IMG/VR virus record: IMGVR_UViG_3300036822_000288
Location: 1 to 50,416 of that record
DNA length: 50,416 bases
Strand: one strand, 5' to 3'
From: a virus
Taxonomy: Duplodnaviria; Caudoviricetes
Shown here: piece by piece, positions 17,013 to 26,391 of the stretch
How positions within the stretch are numbered: position 1 is the stretch's first letter
Layout of the letters: each line of letters begins with the position of its first letter
Translations under genes and position numbers: made by a program
Notes under the pieces: generated by a model
What the model was told of the DNA's origin: nothing
The model's database searches: none
The model's input: only the letters and a program-made list of their open reading frames with translations

Positions 17013-17158
17013 GCAAGGGCAGATACCAGCACCACACCCAAGAGCAATGCAATAAGGTGGCAAAGTTACGTCAGATTGGCCTGACCTGGAACGTTATAAG
17101 CCAGCGAATGGGCTGCAGTATGGACTCATGCAGAAATATGTTTGCGAGGGCGCGATGA
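17009..17158 (+). CDS. 49-aa HTH-like protein
   Basis: VAKLRQIGLTWNVISQRMGCS; ATGA overlaps. Confidence 0.55.
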   Translation: MSKGRYQHHTQEQCNKVAKLRQIGLTWNVISQRMGCSMDSCRNMFARAR

Positions 17159-17373
17159 GTAAGTTAACGCGAAACCCACACAGACAAGGCGTTCATGTGC
17201 ACTTAGGTGGTGACCATGAAGAAACGGAGCGCTACGAAAACCACGCCATCTACGACACCAAATCACCCCGCAAGAAACCAAAACCCAAACTTACCGAAAG
17301 CCAGATTGAAACCTTCAAATACTGCGAGTCGCTACGCCGGACGGTAGCCAGCCGCATGAGGATTGCGCGATGA
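17155..17373 (+). CDS. ninE: NinE-like protein
   Basis: RKKPKPKLTESQIETFKY resembles lambda NinE RNKPKPIPKESDVKTFNY. Confidence 0.6.
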   Translation: MSKLTRNPHRQGVHVHLGGDHEETERYENHAIYDTKSPRKKPKPKLTESQIETFKYCESLRRTVASRMRIAR

Positions 17374-17606
17374 AAATAAAAACGGATTACGCCCTTTTGG
17401 ATGCGCTTATTCAGGAGCGAATTGCTGCAGGCAATAACACCTTCATGCTGATTGATGGGGGAAAGGTATTTAAAGAGGCTAGTCGGTTAGAGGCTGAAAT
17501 TAATAGCGCCGCTTTCCGCATTATTGACCGACGACTACAGGCGTTGCGAAAAAAAGGGTTTATCAAATTCTCAACAGCAGAGAAGTGGACGGTGGTTTAT
17601 GAGTGA
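17370..17606 (+). CDS. Hypothetical protein
   Basis: FRIIDRRLQALRKKGFI winged-helix-like end. Confidence 0.7.
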   Translation: MKIKTDYALLDALIQERIAAGNNTFMLIDGGKVFKEASRLEAEINSAAFRIIDRRLQALRKKGFIKFSTAEKWTVVYE

Positions 17607-17874
17607 GCGCTGCCACCGCTGCCACACCATCCTCACCAGTGAAGACAAGCATTGGTATGGAGTCGCATGTGAGTCCTGTGAAACCGACCTCAAGTGGGAA
17701 GAGTATGAGAAACACAACCCCATCAAATCAGCCCACTGGCGCTGGCGAGCCATATGCTTTGGTTTGCGTTGGTTGCGGCATTACCCTGCAGCAGCAGGAA
17801 ACCTATGCATGCGATGGCTGCGCGGCCGGCTGGATGCAAGACTACAACTTCAGAATGCACGGAGGGACAGATGA
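17599..17874 (+). CDS. Hypothetical zinc-binding protein overlapping ninF
   Basis: MSERCHRCH...CESCE. Confidence 0.55.
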   Translation: MSERCHRCHTILTSEDKHWYGVACESCETDLKWEEYEKHNPIKSAHWRWRAICFGLRWLRHYPAAAGNLCMRWLRGRLDARLQLQNARRDR

Positions 17875-17884
17875 GGAATCATAG
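17705..17884 (+). CDS. ninF: NinF-like protein
   Basis: ALVCVGCG...ETYACDGCAAGWMQDYNFRMH resembles lambda NinF. Confidence 0.65.
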   Translation: MRNTTPSNQPTGAGEPYALVCVGCGITLQQQETYACDGCAAGWMQDYNFRMHGGTDEES

Positions 17885-18098
17885 AATTTTGATTTTAGGC
17901 ATTCTGCCTGTCGTTATGGAACGGGCGTTATCCCATGCAGCTGAGCTTGTCAGCATCAATGAGCTAAAGCGCCAGCAATGGGAATCACCTGCAGCGATGC
18001 TGAGTTACAAGCCAACCGAGGCGTGGCAGGAGAAACCAAGTCGCCGCGGTGGATTCGCAGCAGCCCGCAGGCAAGCTAAGAAAAACAGGAGACGATAA
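17871..18098 (+). CDS. Hypothetical basic protein
   Basis: GGAGG RBS; GFAAARRQAKKNRRR tail. Confidence 0.65.
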   Translation: MRNHRILILGILPVVMERALSHAAELVSINELKRQQWESPAAMLSYKPTEAWQEKPSRRGGFAAARRQAKKNRRR

Positions 18099-18673
18099 TG
18101 GCACAGGCTAAACAGCCAAAGCCGAAGAAATGCAAATGTTGTCCTGAGAAGTTCATCCCCCGCAATAGCCTCCAAACCGTCTGCTCACCAAAATGTGCCA
18201 TCCAACTCGCCAACCAACTATCCGAGCGTAAGCAAAAGCGCCAGGAGAAAGAACAGCGCGCCGCATGGAACAAGCGCAAGGCAGATGTGAAGCCGTTAAG
18301 CCACTGGATCAACATGACCCAGCGAGCATTCAACGACTACATCAGGGAACGGGACGGGGATATTTGCATAAGTTGCGGCAGCACAACGGCAGTCAGTTAC
18401 CACGCCGGGCATTACCGGACAACGGCAGCGGCTTCGCAGTTAAGGTTCAACGAGGATGGATGCCACAGCCAATGTGCATCTTGCAACGTTCACCACTCTG
18501 GCGCCATCGGCCCATACCGCATCAACCTCATAGCAAAAATCGGCCTTCAGCGCGTTCTGGCGCTCGAATCAAACAACACACCTCACCGATACACCAGAGA
18601 AGAACTGGACGCGATACGTGCGCGTTACAGGGCTTTGCTGCGTGCATTGGTCAAAGAGAGAGAAGCAGCGTGA
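18098..18673 (+). CDS. ninG: NinG/Rap endonuclease
   Basis: KKCKCC...VCSPKCA; QRAFNDYIRERD; CISCG; HAGHYRT; CHSQCASCN. Confidence 0.92.
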   Translation: MAQAKQPKPKKCKCCPEKFIPRNSLQTVCSPKCAIQLANQLSERKQKRQEKEQRAAWNKRKADVKPLSHWINMTQRAFNDYIRERDGDICISCGSTTAVSYHAGHYRTTAAASQLRFNEDGCHSQCASCNVHHSGAIGPYRINLIAKIGLQRVLALESNNTPHRYTREELDAIRARYRALLRALVKEREAA

Positions 18674-19041
18674 AACTAACACCCAAGCAGCGCGGTGAGT
18701 TGCGCATGAAGTTTGGCGGCCGCTGTGCGTATTGCGGAAGTGATCTTGCTGAAAAATGGCACGCAGACCACGTGAAACCTGTGCTTCGCCACATGAATGG
18801 CAGCGGAATGATTTATACGGAACATGACACAGAAGACAATTTAGTGCCGGCATGTCACGGCTGCAATCTCCATAAGCACTGTAATAGCCTTGAAGATTAC
18901 CGCCGCATTATCGATGACGGACGCCGCGAATTTCTTCGATCTGGAAAAGGCAAAGCACTAGTCAGAATGGGACTGGTTGAGATGAAGCCTGACCCGATTG
19001 TTTTCTGGTTCGAGCGATATCAGAAGGAGCAAGCAGCATGA
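18670..19041 (+). CDS. HNH endonuclease
   Basis: KFGGRCAYCG...WHADHVKP...NLVPACHGCNLHK; GTG start overlapping ninG stop. Confidence 0.88.
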   Translation: MKLTPKQRGELRMKFGGRCAYCGSDLAEKWHADHVKPVLRHMNGSGMIYTEHDTEDNLVPACHGCNLHKHCNSLEDYRRIIDDGRREFLRSGKGKALVRMGLVEMKPDPIVFWFERYQKEQAA

Positions 19042-19163
19042 TTGAATCCCTGAAAAAGAAATGGTTCCGGCTAAGGATTATGCGTGTGCCTGGCATGTAC
19101 GAGAGCAATTACCGACTTCTGCGATTAGAGCTGAAATTAAGGGGAGCGAACCATGGGTCTTGA
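19038..19163 (+). CDS. 41-aa basic hypothetical protein
   Basis: AAGGAG RBS, ATGA overlap. Confidence 0.5.
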   Translation: MIESLKKKWFRLRIMRVPGMYESNYRLLRLELKLRGANHGS

Positions 19164-19920
19164 AGCCACAGTGAAGTACCACTTCCCGAAGGGGCAGAAC
19201 TTCAGCGGGACATCGCCACAGACTTCACCAGATACGCTCACAGGCACTGATTACATCGCTGCCATGGGAATGGCTATGGCTCGCGCTCCGATTGGTTACA
19301 GCGCGTTTATGGGTAAGGTTGGAGTGAGTGAGAACGACGCTGCGAACGCCGTTTTCCTTTTGACTGAATTTGCATTTAACACCTGCGATAAGGTTGCCGC
19401 CTTACGCAAGCTAGATGAACACGATAAGTTATATGTCATGCAAACACTCGCAACTTATGCATTCATGGATTATTGCAGAAGTGCCGCGAGCAAAAAGCCG
19501 TGCTCCTGCTGTGATGGCGAGGGTTTCATTGACGCTGAAGTCTTCACGATGAAGGGTGTTTTCTCAGTACCTGGCACATATGAGATGCGTGAGCAGGTAA
19601 GAGTCCTTTGCAAAACCTGCAAGGGAAAAGGTCTCATCTCAACCGCATGCCGTGATTGCAATGGGCGCGGGCGCGCGGTGATGAAAGCGGAGACTGAAAA
19701 GCAGGGCGTACCGGTGATGGGCGACTGTAAGCGCTGCTGCGGGCGTGGATTTGAACGCATCCCATCCACTGAGGCGCACAATGCGGTCTGCATGCTCACC
19801 GATGAAATCAGCCTGGATACCTGGAAGAAAAGCGTAAAGCCATTTTATGACGAGCTAATCACCAAGCTGGAGGTCGAGGAATCATGGGCTAATGCGGCGC
19901 TGAATAAGGTGACTGCATAA
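19153..19920 (+). CDS. Q: Late antiterminator Q (zinc-finger, phage 82/phi80 type)
   Basis: TSPDTLTGTDYIAAMG, DYCRSAAS, multiple CxxCxGxG; precedes late promoter. Confidence 0.88.
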   Translation: MGLEATVKYHFPKGQNFSGTSPQTSPDTLTGTDYIAAMGMAMARAPIGYSAFMGKVGVSENDAANAVFLLTEFAFNTCDKVAALRKLDEHDKLYVMQTLATYAFMDYCRSAASKKPCSCCDGEGFIDAEVFTMKGVFSVPGTYEMREQVRVLCKTCKGKGLISTACRDCNGRGRAVMKAETEKQGVPVMGDCKRCCGRGFERIPSTEAHNAVCMLTDEISLDTWKKSVKPFYDELITKLEVEESWANAALNKVTA

Positions 19921-19957
19921 CGCAATCAGAAATAGCTCATTAATTTATAGTGAGCTA

Positions 19958-19986
19958 TTTACTTTTCCCGAAGCTGGGGATATGAT
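19958..19986 (+). promoter_or_regulatory. Late promoter pR'
   Basis: TTTACT-17-TATGAT after Q, preceded by inverted repeat AATAGCTCA/TGAGCTATT. Confidence 0.7.
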
Positions 19987-20060
19987 TCCTAACAGTTGAA
20001 GTTGCGCTCTGTTGTTGAAAGGGTGCGATAAATCGACAAATCCATCACAAGTGAGTGATT

Positions 20061-20097
20061 AAAAGCGCCACGGTTACCAGCCTAAGGCGCTTTTTTA
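20061..20097 (+). terminator. tR'-like terminator
   Basis: AAAAGCGCC...GGCGCTTTTTT. Confidence 0.7.
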
Positions 20098-20112
20098 TTG
20101 CCTGCAATATCC

Positions 20113-20187
20113 GGGTAGGTCGTATAAAGGTCATTACGGTTGGCTGTTAACCAACTTATCGTGGTTCGATTCCACGCCTTCCCGCCA
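20113..20187 (+). tRNA. tRNA-Asn (GTT)
   Basis: Acceptor GGGTAGG/CCTTCCC (one T-T mismatch), anticodon arm GTTGG-CTGTTAA-CCAAC, T arm CGTGG-TTCGATT-CCACG, encoded CCA. Confidence 0.9.
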
Positions 20188-20478
20188 AATCTCAAAATCA
20201 CGCTCTTTTGCGATTGCGTGAGATTATTCAAAGGTCAGCCACAGAGCTGGCCTTTCTTCTTTCGCCCCTACCAAACACTGCGACCTCACGGATTATCCCT
20301 AAGTGGTAGCGGGCGTCTTTTATGCATAAAAAATCCGCACTCAGGCGGATTCATTCTCATTGGCTACCTAACGGCGCAAGGCGGGCTTCTCTCTCGACAA
20401 GATGAAGCTTAACCGGGCTTGTCCTGTTCAACCTCTAGACAATTCCTATTTGGACAAGTCCCCTGTGCGGGGGTGGAA

Positions 20479-20802
20479 ATGAAACGTATGCCTTATAAAT
20501 CCGATCCGGGCTTTATTGCCACGCTGATTGCGCTGGGCATGACTGTACTCGGCGCGGTGGCTGCATATGCCTACAAAGTTCTGAGTGGTGACACCTTTAG
20601 CTGGCGGACGCTTTGCCTGCAGCTGATCGTGTCCATATTTGCTGGGTTCCTGATGATGCTACTTGCCACTTACTGGAACTGGCCACAGGAAGTAACCGGC
20701 GCAATCTGCGGTATGGCTGGCTGGTCTGGCTCATCCCTTATCAAAGCCCTTGAAAAACGCTTCCTGCAGAAAGCAAGCGGCGACACAGGAGTAGCTGAAT
20801 GA
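20479..20802 (+). CDS. Holin with dual-start motif
   Basis: Three hydrophobic segments; M-K-R-M start; precedes endolysin. Confidence 0.88.
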   Translation: MKRMPYKSDPGFIATLIALGMTVLGAVAAYAYKVLSGDTFSWRTLCLQLIVSIFAGFLMMLLATYWNWPQEVTGAICGMAGWSGSSLIKALEKRFLQKASGDTGVAE

Positions 20803-21428
20803 TGACCCGTGACCAGTTTAAGAAGGCTGCCGGTATCATGGATGCCCTGGCGGATAAGTGGTTCCCACACGTAGCCGCAGCCATGCAAGAATTCGGCATT
20901 GATACACCAAAGCGCCAGGCGTATTTCATTGCGCAGATCGGCACCGAATCAACCGGATTCACCCGCGTATCAGAAAGCCTGAACTACAGCGTTGAAGGGC
21001 TGAAAATCTTCAACTCCCGACTGACAGAAGCACAGCGCCAGCAGCTTGGACGCCAGCCCGGCGCCGCATCTCTGTCTGCTGAACGACAGGCGGCAATTGC
21101 CAATCTGGTATATGGCGGGCGCTACGGGAATAACCTTAATGGCGATGGCTGGAAATATCGCGGTCGTGGCCTTAAACAGGTGACGTTCCGCGCTAACTAC
21201 GAAGCCTGCGGCAAAGCGCTCGGCCTTCCACTGCTCGATAATCCTGACCTGCTGTTACAGGATGCCAACGCCGCCCGTTCTGCAGGATGGTTCTGGAAAG
21301 CCAATAACTGCAACCAGTACGCCGACCACGACGACATTATTGGCCTGACCCGCGTGATTAATGGCGGCTCAAATGGCCTGGCAGATCGACGCGCACGTAC
21401 TGACAAAGCTTTGCAGGTGCTCCTATGA
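20799..21428 (+). CDS. Endolysin, glycoside hydrolase family 19
   Basis: FIAQIGTES, ESLNYS, DGWKYRGRGLKQVT, SAGWFW, INGGSNGLADR. Confidence 0.93.
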   Translation: MMTRDQFKKAAGIMDALADKWFPHVAAAMQEFGIDTPKRQAYFIAQIGTESTGFTRVSESLNYSVEGLKIFNSRLTEAQRQQLGRQPGAASLSAERQAAIANLVYGGRYGNNLNGDGWKYRGRGLKQVTFRANYEACGKALGLPLLDNPDLLLQDANAARSAGWFWKANNCNQYADHDDIIGLTRVINGGSNGLADRRARTDKALQVLL

Positions 21429-21826
21429 CAGGTAAAGCAAGAATGGCCCGATATCGCCGGTTCATCCCCGCGTTGTTCTCAATCATCATCATCAGCTTTG
21501 TCGGCAAGCTCTGGTATGACAATGCCAATCTGACTGAAAGGAACAACCGCCTGCGAGAACAGTTCCTGATGGCGAATGAGCGCAACATGAAGTTTGCAGA
21601 AGGCATCGGACCGATTACGAAGCGGCTCGATAGCCTGGCTAAAACGCTCGATGAAGAATCACGTCGCCGCTCTACCGCTGAGGCACGGGCCAATTCTCTC
21701 CAGAAAGAAAACGAGTTTCTGCGTAACAGCAAGCAGTGCTCGATTTCGATTGATCCGAATGCAGTGCAGAAGGGCTCGAAAGACCCGAGCGCCGTAATCA
21801 TCCAGGCAGCCCCGGCAGGTGAATGA
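21425..21826 (+). CDS. Membrane-anchored coiled-coil protein (extra i-spanin-like)
   Basis: N-terminal TM helix, coiled coil, C-terminal Cys. Confidence 0.65.
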   Translation: MTGKARMARYRRFIPALFSIIIISFVGKLWYDNANLTERNNRLREQFLMANERNMKFAEGIGPITKRLDSLAKTLDEESRRRSTAEARANSLQKENEFLRNSKQCSISIDPNAVQKGSKDPSAVIIQAAPAGE

Positions 21827-22212
21827 TGAAATGGTTGGCTGATAACTGGAAGGTGTTCGCCGTCATCGCATTAATCGCCGCCGCCATAGGGTACGGAGAG
21901 ATTCGTTACCGCAATGGCTGGTATGCCCACAGCGCCAAAGTTAACGCTGACTATGCACTGAAGAAGCAGAAGGCCGAAGCCAAGCTTGTTCCAATTGAGC
22001 AGAAGGCGGCAGCAGCCAATGCAGATGGCAAAGTTATCTACCGAACCATTACCCGCGACGTGGTGAAATATGTTCAGGATCCGAATCGCACTGTGTGCAG
22101 GTTTGATGATGATGCTGTCAGCATGCGGCAGCGAGCAATCGACGCGGCCAACAATATCGCAGGATTTGATGATCCCGCCGTGCAAATTCAGCCAGGCGGG
22201 AAAGGACAGTGA
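21823..22212 (+). CDS. Rz: Rz-like i-spanin
   Basis: N-terminal TM, helical periplasmic part, overlapped by lipoprotein gene. Confidence 0.75.
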   Translation: MMKWLADNWKVFAVIALIAAAIGYGEIRYRNGWYAHSAKVNADYALKKQKAEAKLVPIEQKAAAANADGKVIYRTITRDVVKYVQDPNRTVCRFDDDAVSMRQRAIDAANNIAGFDDPAVQIQPGGKGQ

Positions 22213-22309
22213 TGCAGACCTCCAATCGGATGTTGAGAATGCGGAGTGTGGGAGAACGCTCCGCCTGAACACCTACCGATGGCAGGCCTGGTACCGGGCA
22301 TCTCAATAA
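22070..22309 (+). CDS. Rz1: Rz1-like o-spanin lipoprotein
   Basis: Lipobox LSAC, LMIPPC, overlaps Rz in another frame. Confidence 0.78.
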   Translation: MFRIRIALCAGLMMMLSACGSEQSTRPTISQDLMIPPCKFSQAGKDSDADLQSDVENAECGRTLRLNTYRWQAWYRASQ

Positions 22310-22398
22310 CATTGACGGACTCGTCAGCTAAATTATTGATTGCATTTAGATAAATTGATATCTAACGTATCTCTTGTGGACAAACGCAGGAGGTAATT

Positions 22399-22707
22399 AT
22401 GACCAAGTTAACAGTTGAAAGAACTCTCGTGTATCGTGGAAATGATGGGAGCCTGACCCGTTACGAAATATTAGTTAACGATCAGAATCCGGCTAACAAT
22501 GTGGACTCCATCAATGTTTATCGCGAAAAGCTGTTGGATGAAGGGAACGCCTGGATTAGGACTAAAGATGAAATTTCTTTAGACCATCTCGGAATTCCGA
22601 GAAACGGAGGTTTTCAAACTTCCATCCAGCCTTACATGAGAGCGAGTAGGGACATAAGCTCAGCGGTTGAAGAGTGCAACAAGCACTGGTCAAAACATTA
22701 CGCATAA
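22399..22707 (+). CDS. Hypothetical moron protein
   Basis: AGGAGG RBS, AT-rich upstream, terminator directly after. Confidence 0.8.
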   Translation: MTKLTVERTLVYRGNDGSLTRYEILVNDQNPANNVDSINVYREKLLDEGNAWIRTKDEISLDHLGIPRNGGFQTSIQPYMRASRDISSAVEECNKHWSKHYA

Positions 22708-22727
22708 CCGCCTACGGGCGGTTTTTT
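22706..22727 (+). terminator. Rho-independent terminator
   Basis: AACCGCC-TACG-GGCGGTTTTTT. Confidence 0.85.
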
Positions 22728-22768
22728 ATTGTGGATAATAAGGCGACCTGACCGGCCGCCTTATTTAA

Positions 22769-22951
22769 TTACCAGCTTTCTTCTTTGTACTCTTTAAGCG
22801 AAGTGCCATTGAAATAGGCGCTTTTACGCTCTGAATCTAAGAACCATTCGCAATAGTATTGCTCTCTCTCATCATCGAATGAGCCGACAGTCATAAGTGG
22901 ACCGCCTGAATTCAGCTGCACAACGCATCCGTCTGGAAAGGTTTGGGCCAT
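22769..22951 (-). CDS. YodC/DUF2158-family protein
   Basis: F..G.VVQLNSGGPLMTV...CEWF...F...SL; AAGGAG RBS. Confidence 0.85.
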   Translation of the reverse strand: MAQTFPDGCVVQLNSGGPLMTVGSFDDEREQYYCEWFLDSERKSAYFNGTSLKEYKEESW

Positions 22952-22982
22952 AAAAATCTCCTTATCTTAAAAGCGAAAGCAA

Positions 22983-23552
22983 ATGGCACTCACTGACAAA
23001 CAAGAAATGTTCTGTTGCGAGTACCTCATCGATTTGAACGCCACGCAAGCGGCTATTCGGGCGGGGTACAGCGAAAAGACTGCAAACCGAACCGGATCTG
23101 AAAACCTGTCAAAACCTGACATTGCGCAACGCATCATAGAACTTAAATCAAGTCGTAACGAAAGGGTAGAGATTAACGCGGACTACGTGCTCCGTCGCTT
23201 GGTAGAGATAGACGAAATGGATGTGCTCGACATCCTCAAAGATGACGGCGGCCTAAAGATGGTCCACCAATGGCCTAAGGTATGGCGCACCACTTTAAGC
23301 GGGCTGGACATCCTCACTACCGTAACCAACTTTGATGAAACGACGATGGAGAACATCCTCAAGAAGATTAAGTGGCCGGATAAGGTTAAGAACCTTGAGC
23401 TGCTTGGCAAGCACATCAGCGTGATGGCATTCAAAGAACAGGCGTCACATGAGCACACTGGTAAGAATGGCGGACCTATCGAAGTGGCAACGCTGACCAA
23501 AGACGAATACAAAACTGCGCGGCGGGAGATGTTGGAGGATGACGACTGCTGA
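22983..23552 (+). CDS. terS: Terminase small subunit
   Basis: LTDKQEMFCCEYLIDLNATQAAIRAGYS...LELLGKH. Confidence 0.95.
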   Translation: MALTDKQEMFCCEYLIDLNATQAAIRAGYSEKTANRTGSENLSKPDIAQRIIELKSSRNERVEINADYVLRRLVEIDEMDVLDILKDDGGLKMVHQWPKVWRTTLSGLDILTTVTNFDETTMENILKKIKWPDKVKNLELLGKHISVMAFKEQASHEHTGKNGGPIEVATLTKDEYKTARREMLEDDDC

Positions 23553-25023
23553 GCAGAAGAATTACGCGCGCCGCTTAGAGTGCGAAGAGGATGGGCTGTA
23601 TTACGCCAGATACTTTTTCAAGCAGCGCACCGGCGGCAAGATGATTGTCGCACCGCACCACAAAGTGATTCAGCAAACGCTCGATCGCGTAATCAGCGGT
23701 GAGATAACCCGGCTTATCATCAATGTCCCCCCTGGCTACACCAAAACCGAGTTGGCGACCATCAACATGATGGGACGTGGACTCACGCTGAACAATCGCG
23801 CACGCTTCATGCACCTGTCGTACTCACACAATCTGGCGCTTCTCAACTCATCGACCGCGCGCGGCATGATTAAGTCGAAAGCCTACCAGAGCATGTGGCC
23901 GATGGAATTGCGCGACGATGCAGACAGTAAGGCGATGTGGTGGAACGAGTTTGGCGGCGGAGTTTATGCATCATCAGCTGCTGGTCAGGTTACTGGCTTT
24001 CGTGCCGGACACATGGAGCCAGGCTGGCAGGGCGCGCTAATTATCGATGATCCGGTAAAGCCGGATGACGCCTACAGCGAAACTGTTCGTGATGGCGTGA
24101 ATAACCGTTTTAACGAAACCATCAAATCACGTCTGGCGATTGAAACAACGCCGATGATCGTGATTATGCAGCGCATTCACTACCACGACCTGAGCGGTTA
24201 TCTGCTTCGTGGCGGCAGTGGTGAAAAGTGGCACCACCTGAATCTTCCTGTGCTGATCGACAACAGCCAGAGTTACTCCGAACAGTACCCAGATAACACC
24301 CACGCGGTTCCGATTGACCATGGTCTACCTGATGGCTGGCTGTGGCCGTTCAAGCACAACGAAACGCACCGAGTATCGCTATTCTCGCATCGCCGCACCG
24401 CTGAAGCGCAGTACATGCAGAAGCCTCGCCGCTTCAACGCTGAAGGCGCGCTGTGGACTGAGGCGATGATAAGCGCGTCTCATGCTCTCAATATCAAGCA
24501 TGAGAAAGTGCGTACAGTTGTCGCAATTGACCCGCAGGCTACCAACAGCGAAGAGAGCGATGAGTCGGGGATTGTGGTTGCCAGCGCCTATGGTGCCGGT
24601 GACAAAAAGCAATTCACGGTCGATGCGGATTACAGCGGTAAGTTCTCTCCAGCTGGATGGGCGAAAAAGGCAATGTTTGCCTACGAAGAGCATGATGCTG
24701 ATGCGATAGTTATCGAAACCAATCAGGGCGGTGACATGGCAGAGGAAACTCTGCGCAATGCTGGCTTTAAGGGGCGCGTTATTCGCGTACACGCCAGCAA
24801 AGGTAAGTATGCCCGCGCTGAACCAATATCCGCGCTCTATGAGCAGGGGAGAGTGGCGAACCGTGGGAATCTCTACGTACTGGAAAATCAGTTGATGGAG
24901 TACGTGCCAACTACCGCCAAAAAGTCCCCCGATCGCCTTGATGCGATGGTTTACGCACTCACTGAATTGGGCGGCGCCCAGCCAATGGGCATGATGATTC
25001 CGAAACGCCTCCAAGGCAGATAA
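23539..25023 (+). CDS. terL: Terminase large subunit
   Basis: NVPPGYTKT Walker A, LIIDDP Walker B, AIDP...DESG, SPDRLDA nuclease motifs. Confidence 0.95.
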   Translation: MTTAEQKNYARRLECEEDGLYYARYFFKQRTGGKMIVAPHHKVIQQTLDRVISGEITRLIINVPPGYTKTELATINMMGRGLTLNNRARFMHLSYSHNLALLNSSTARGMIKSKAYQSMWPMELRDDADSKAMWWNEFGGGVYASSAAGQVTGFRAGHMEPGWQGALIIDDPVKPDDAYSETVRDGVNNRFNETIKSRLAIETTPMIVIMQRIHYHDLSGYLLRGGSGEKWHHLNLPVLIDNSQSYSEQYPDNTHAVPIDHGLPDGWLWPFKHNETHRVSLFSHRRTAEAQYMQKPRRFNAEGALWTEAMISASHALNIKHEKVRTVVAIDPQATNSEESDESGIVVASAYGAGDKKQFTVDADYSGKFSPAGWAKKAMFAYEEHDADAIVIETNQGGDMAEETLRNAGFKGRVIRVHASKGKYARAEPISALYEQGRVANRGNLYVLENQLMEYVPTTAKKSPDRLDAMVYALTELGGAQPMGMMIPKRLQGR

Positions 25024-25041
25024 CCCACCAACGGACAAACC

Positions 25042-26391
25042 ATGACTGACAAATTAACGCTCGCCGTCAATCACGCGCTGAATGACGTCAGGCTTGCCCG
25101 TGCGCGGGAGATGGCATTTAACCCCGGCATGGGGCTGGATGCGAAGCGTGAGAGCGCCTGGTGCGAATATGGCTTCAAAGAAAACCTGACGTTTGATGAT
25201 CTATACAAACTGTACCGTCGCGGTGGTATCGCCCACGGCGCGGTGAACAAACTTGTTTCGAATTGCTGGAAAACAAACCCGCAGGTAATTGAGGGTGAGC
25301 AGTCTGACGACTCCAGAGAATTAACCGCATGGGAGCGGGCAAGTAACCAGGTATTCACACACCGTTTCTGGCGAGCATTCGCTAAAGCTGACGCCCGTCG
25401 TCTGGTTGGTCGCTGGGCTGGCATCCTTCTGCACATCAAAGACAGCAAGAGCTGGGATCAGCCTGTTGTTAAGGGAAAGGCTCTTCAGAAGATAACTCCT
25501 GTATGGGCCAGCGCGCTGAAGGTCGGCACCCGCGACGGCAATGGCTCCATCACCATGTGGCAGTACACCGAATCACTTTCTGATGGCAGCACGGCGCAGC
25601 GCAATATTCACCCTGACCGCGTGCTGATCATCGGCGATATGTCTGATGACGAAATCGGCTTCCTCGAGCCGGGTTACAACGCCTTTGTAAGTCTGGAAAA
25701 AGTCGAAGGTGGATCGGGTGAGTCATTCCTGAAAAACGCCGCACGCCAGCAGAATATCAACTTCGATAAAGAGGTCGATTTCAATAATTTGGCCTCGATG
25801 TACGGCGTATCGGTTGATGAGTTGCAGGAGCGATACAACGAAGCTGCCCGCGAGATCAACCGAGGGAATGACACGCTCCTCATTACTCAAGGCGCTCAGG
25901 TCACTTCAATGGTCAATGCGGTATCTGACCCGTCCCCGACCTATGACGTCAACCTGAAGACCATAAGCGCCTCTGTGGACATTCCTTCTCGAATTATCGT
26001 AGGTAACCAGTCCGGCGAGCGCGCCAGCACTGAAGACCAGATTTACTTTAACGGTCGCTGCCAGTCACGCCGAGGTGATCTGTCATTTGATGTTGAGGAT
26101 ATGGCTGACAAGCTCATATACCTGCAGATCATCAAGCCGTTGGCAAAGTTCAGCATCGTGTGGGATGAGCTAAACGAGCAGTCGCCCTCCGACAAGCTTG
26201 ATAGCGCCACCAAGATGAGCAGCATCAACCAGACATCACTGGCATCTGGTGAACAGGTCTTCACGGTTGATGAGATTCGTGTGGCCGCAGGATATGAGCC
26301 AGGCGGCAGCGAGCCACTACCAGAGGATGAGGAAGATGGCGAAGCTGAAGAAGAAACCCAAACCAGCGATCCTGCCAAGCAACAAGCTTGA
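25042..26391 (+). CDS. Portal protein (DUF1073-like)
   Basis: Follows terL; LYRRGGIAHGAV, IHPDRV, IPSRIIVG. Confidence 0.88.
   Translation: MTDKLTLAVNHALNDVRLARAREMAFNPGMGLDAKRESAWCEYGFKENLTFDDLYKLYRRGGIAHGAVNKLVSNCWKTNPQVIEGEQSDDSRELTAWERASNQVFTHRFWRAFAKADARRLVGRWAGILLHIKDSKSWDQPVVKGKALQKITPVWASALKVGTRDGNGSITMWQYTESLSDGSTAQRNIHPDRVLIIGDMSDDEIGFLEPGYNAFVSLEKVEGGSGESFLKNAARQQNINFDKEVDFNNLASMYGVSVDELQERYNEAAREINRGNDTLLITQGAQVTSMVNAVSDPSPTYDVNLKTISASVDIPSRIIVGNQSGERASTEDQIYFNGRCQSRRGDLSFDVEDMADKLIYLQIIKPLAKFSIVWDELNEQSPSDKLDSATKMSSINQTSLASGEQVFTVDEIRVAAGYEPGGSEPLPEDEEDGEAEEETQTSDPAKQQA

Noticed and set aside
24379-25038. 219-aa antisense ORF inside terL, and similar shadow ORFs in head and tail genes
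   Set aside because: Fully nested antisense to conserved genes, no RBS or motif support
25042-26391. Anti-CBASS (Acb1) label sometimes attached to this portal family
   Set aside because: Position, size and motifs indicate a portal; no separate HxT/HxS phosphoesterase domain evident
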